Below, in pieces: positions 63,822 through 64,000 of a stretch of 64,000 nucleotides of DNA. The notes under the pieces are model-generated. The model made no database searches. It saw nothing but the letters and a program-made list of their open reading frames with translations, and was not told the DNA's origin. Every line of letters starts with the position of its first letter. Within the stretch, counting starts at the first letter, position 1. Position numbers and translations under genes: made by a program. Source of the stretch: Oscillospiraceae bacterium (GTDB lineage Bacteria; Bacillota; Clostridia; Oscillospirales; Ruminococcaceae); the NCBI GenBank assembly GCA_015067145.1, contig SVNA01000008.1, positions 1,601 through 65,600 of the forward strand, in the 5' to 3' direction.

Positions 63822-64000
63822 TTATACACCCTCAAGGTCAAAAAGCGGGATAAAGCTCTCGCTGGCGGAATCTCCCTCCTGCACAAAGCCGTTTTCCAGC
63901 CCAAGCTCCACCGCAAAGTCTATGACATCATCATATTCCTGCTGTGTCAGCTTTCGGTTGATTTCGGGGTAATTTTCAAGATTTGTGCAGGGGGTATACT
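63822..64000 (-). CDS. Radical SAM protein, PflX-like (putative pyruvate formate-lyase activating enzyme family), C-terminal fragment
   Basis: Hand translation gives ...YTPCTNLENYPEINRKLTQQEYDDVIDFAVELGLENGFVQEGDSASESFIPLFDLEGV*, which resembles the conserved C-terminus of that family. The gene continues beyond the window. Confidence 0.6.
   Translation of the reverse strand, partial: YTPCTNLENYPEINRKLTQQEYDDVIDFAVELGLENGFVQEGDSASESFIPLFDLEGV

Noticed and set aside
1-64000. Search for CRISPR arrays, tRNA/rRNA genes, IS elements, integrases, prophage genes, toxin-antitoxin pairs, reverse transcriptases and clustered DnaA boxes
   Set aside because: None was seen on reading either strand. Only isolated one-mismatch DnaA-box-like 9-mers occur inside coding regions (for example near 338, 24289, 51247), which is what chance would produce.

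Overview
This 64 kb window reads as a chromosomal core region of a low-to-mid GC Firmicute. It is probably a spore-forming member of the Clostridia, because YabP/YabQ/DivIC, YtfJ/DUF2953, a SpoVB/YabM-like flippase, AddAB and TrmFO are all present. I call 64 CDS (two are truncated at the window edges), and 57 of them lie on the minus strand, so the minus strand is presumably the leading strand here.

The content is overwhelmingly housekeeping:
- Translation: glyQS, leuS, infC-rpmI-rplT, rpmB, rpmF, rpsU, hpf, der, rsfS, yhbY, and several RNA methyltransferases and a pseudouridine synthase.
- Chromosome maintenance: smc, scpA/scpB, topA, dprA, addA/addB, hup.
- Envelope and lipid synthesis: plsX, plsY, an LCP protein, a D-Ala-D-Ala carboxypeptidase, a MOP flippase.
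- Also rnc, ftsY, pgi and a PhoR-like two-component pair.

rpsU (58 aa) is below the ORF-track cutoff and was found by reading the sequence. infC has no canonical start codon and evidently starts at ATT. It sits behind a consensus promoter and a roughly 165 nt leader that ends in an intrinsic terminator. Several perfect TTGACA-17-TATAAT promoters and many hairpin+T-tract terminators are readable.

I saw no rRNA, tRNA, CRISPR array, transposase, integrase, phage gene or recognisable defence or toxin-antitoxin module. I do not find a convincing new multi-gene system. The points most worth a second look are single-locus oddities:
- An AT-rich one-gene island encoding a 674 aa YD-repeat-like lipoprotein, bracketed by a permuted duplication of a promoter/leader.
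- A lipoprotein ending in a complete DnaJ-type four-CxxCxGxG zinc-finger module.
- An orphan plus-strand terminator with a structured upstream segment (candidate sRNA) between hpf and divIC.
- A 508 aa polytopic membrane protein of unknown family.
- A 133 aa minimal P-loop protein co-transcribed with pgi.
- A NadD-YqeK fusion.

All family assignments come from motif recognition by eye. No searches were run.
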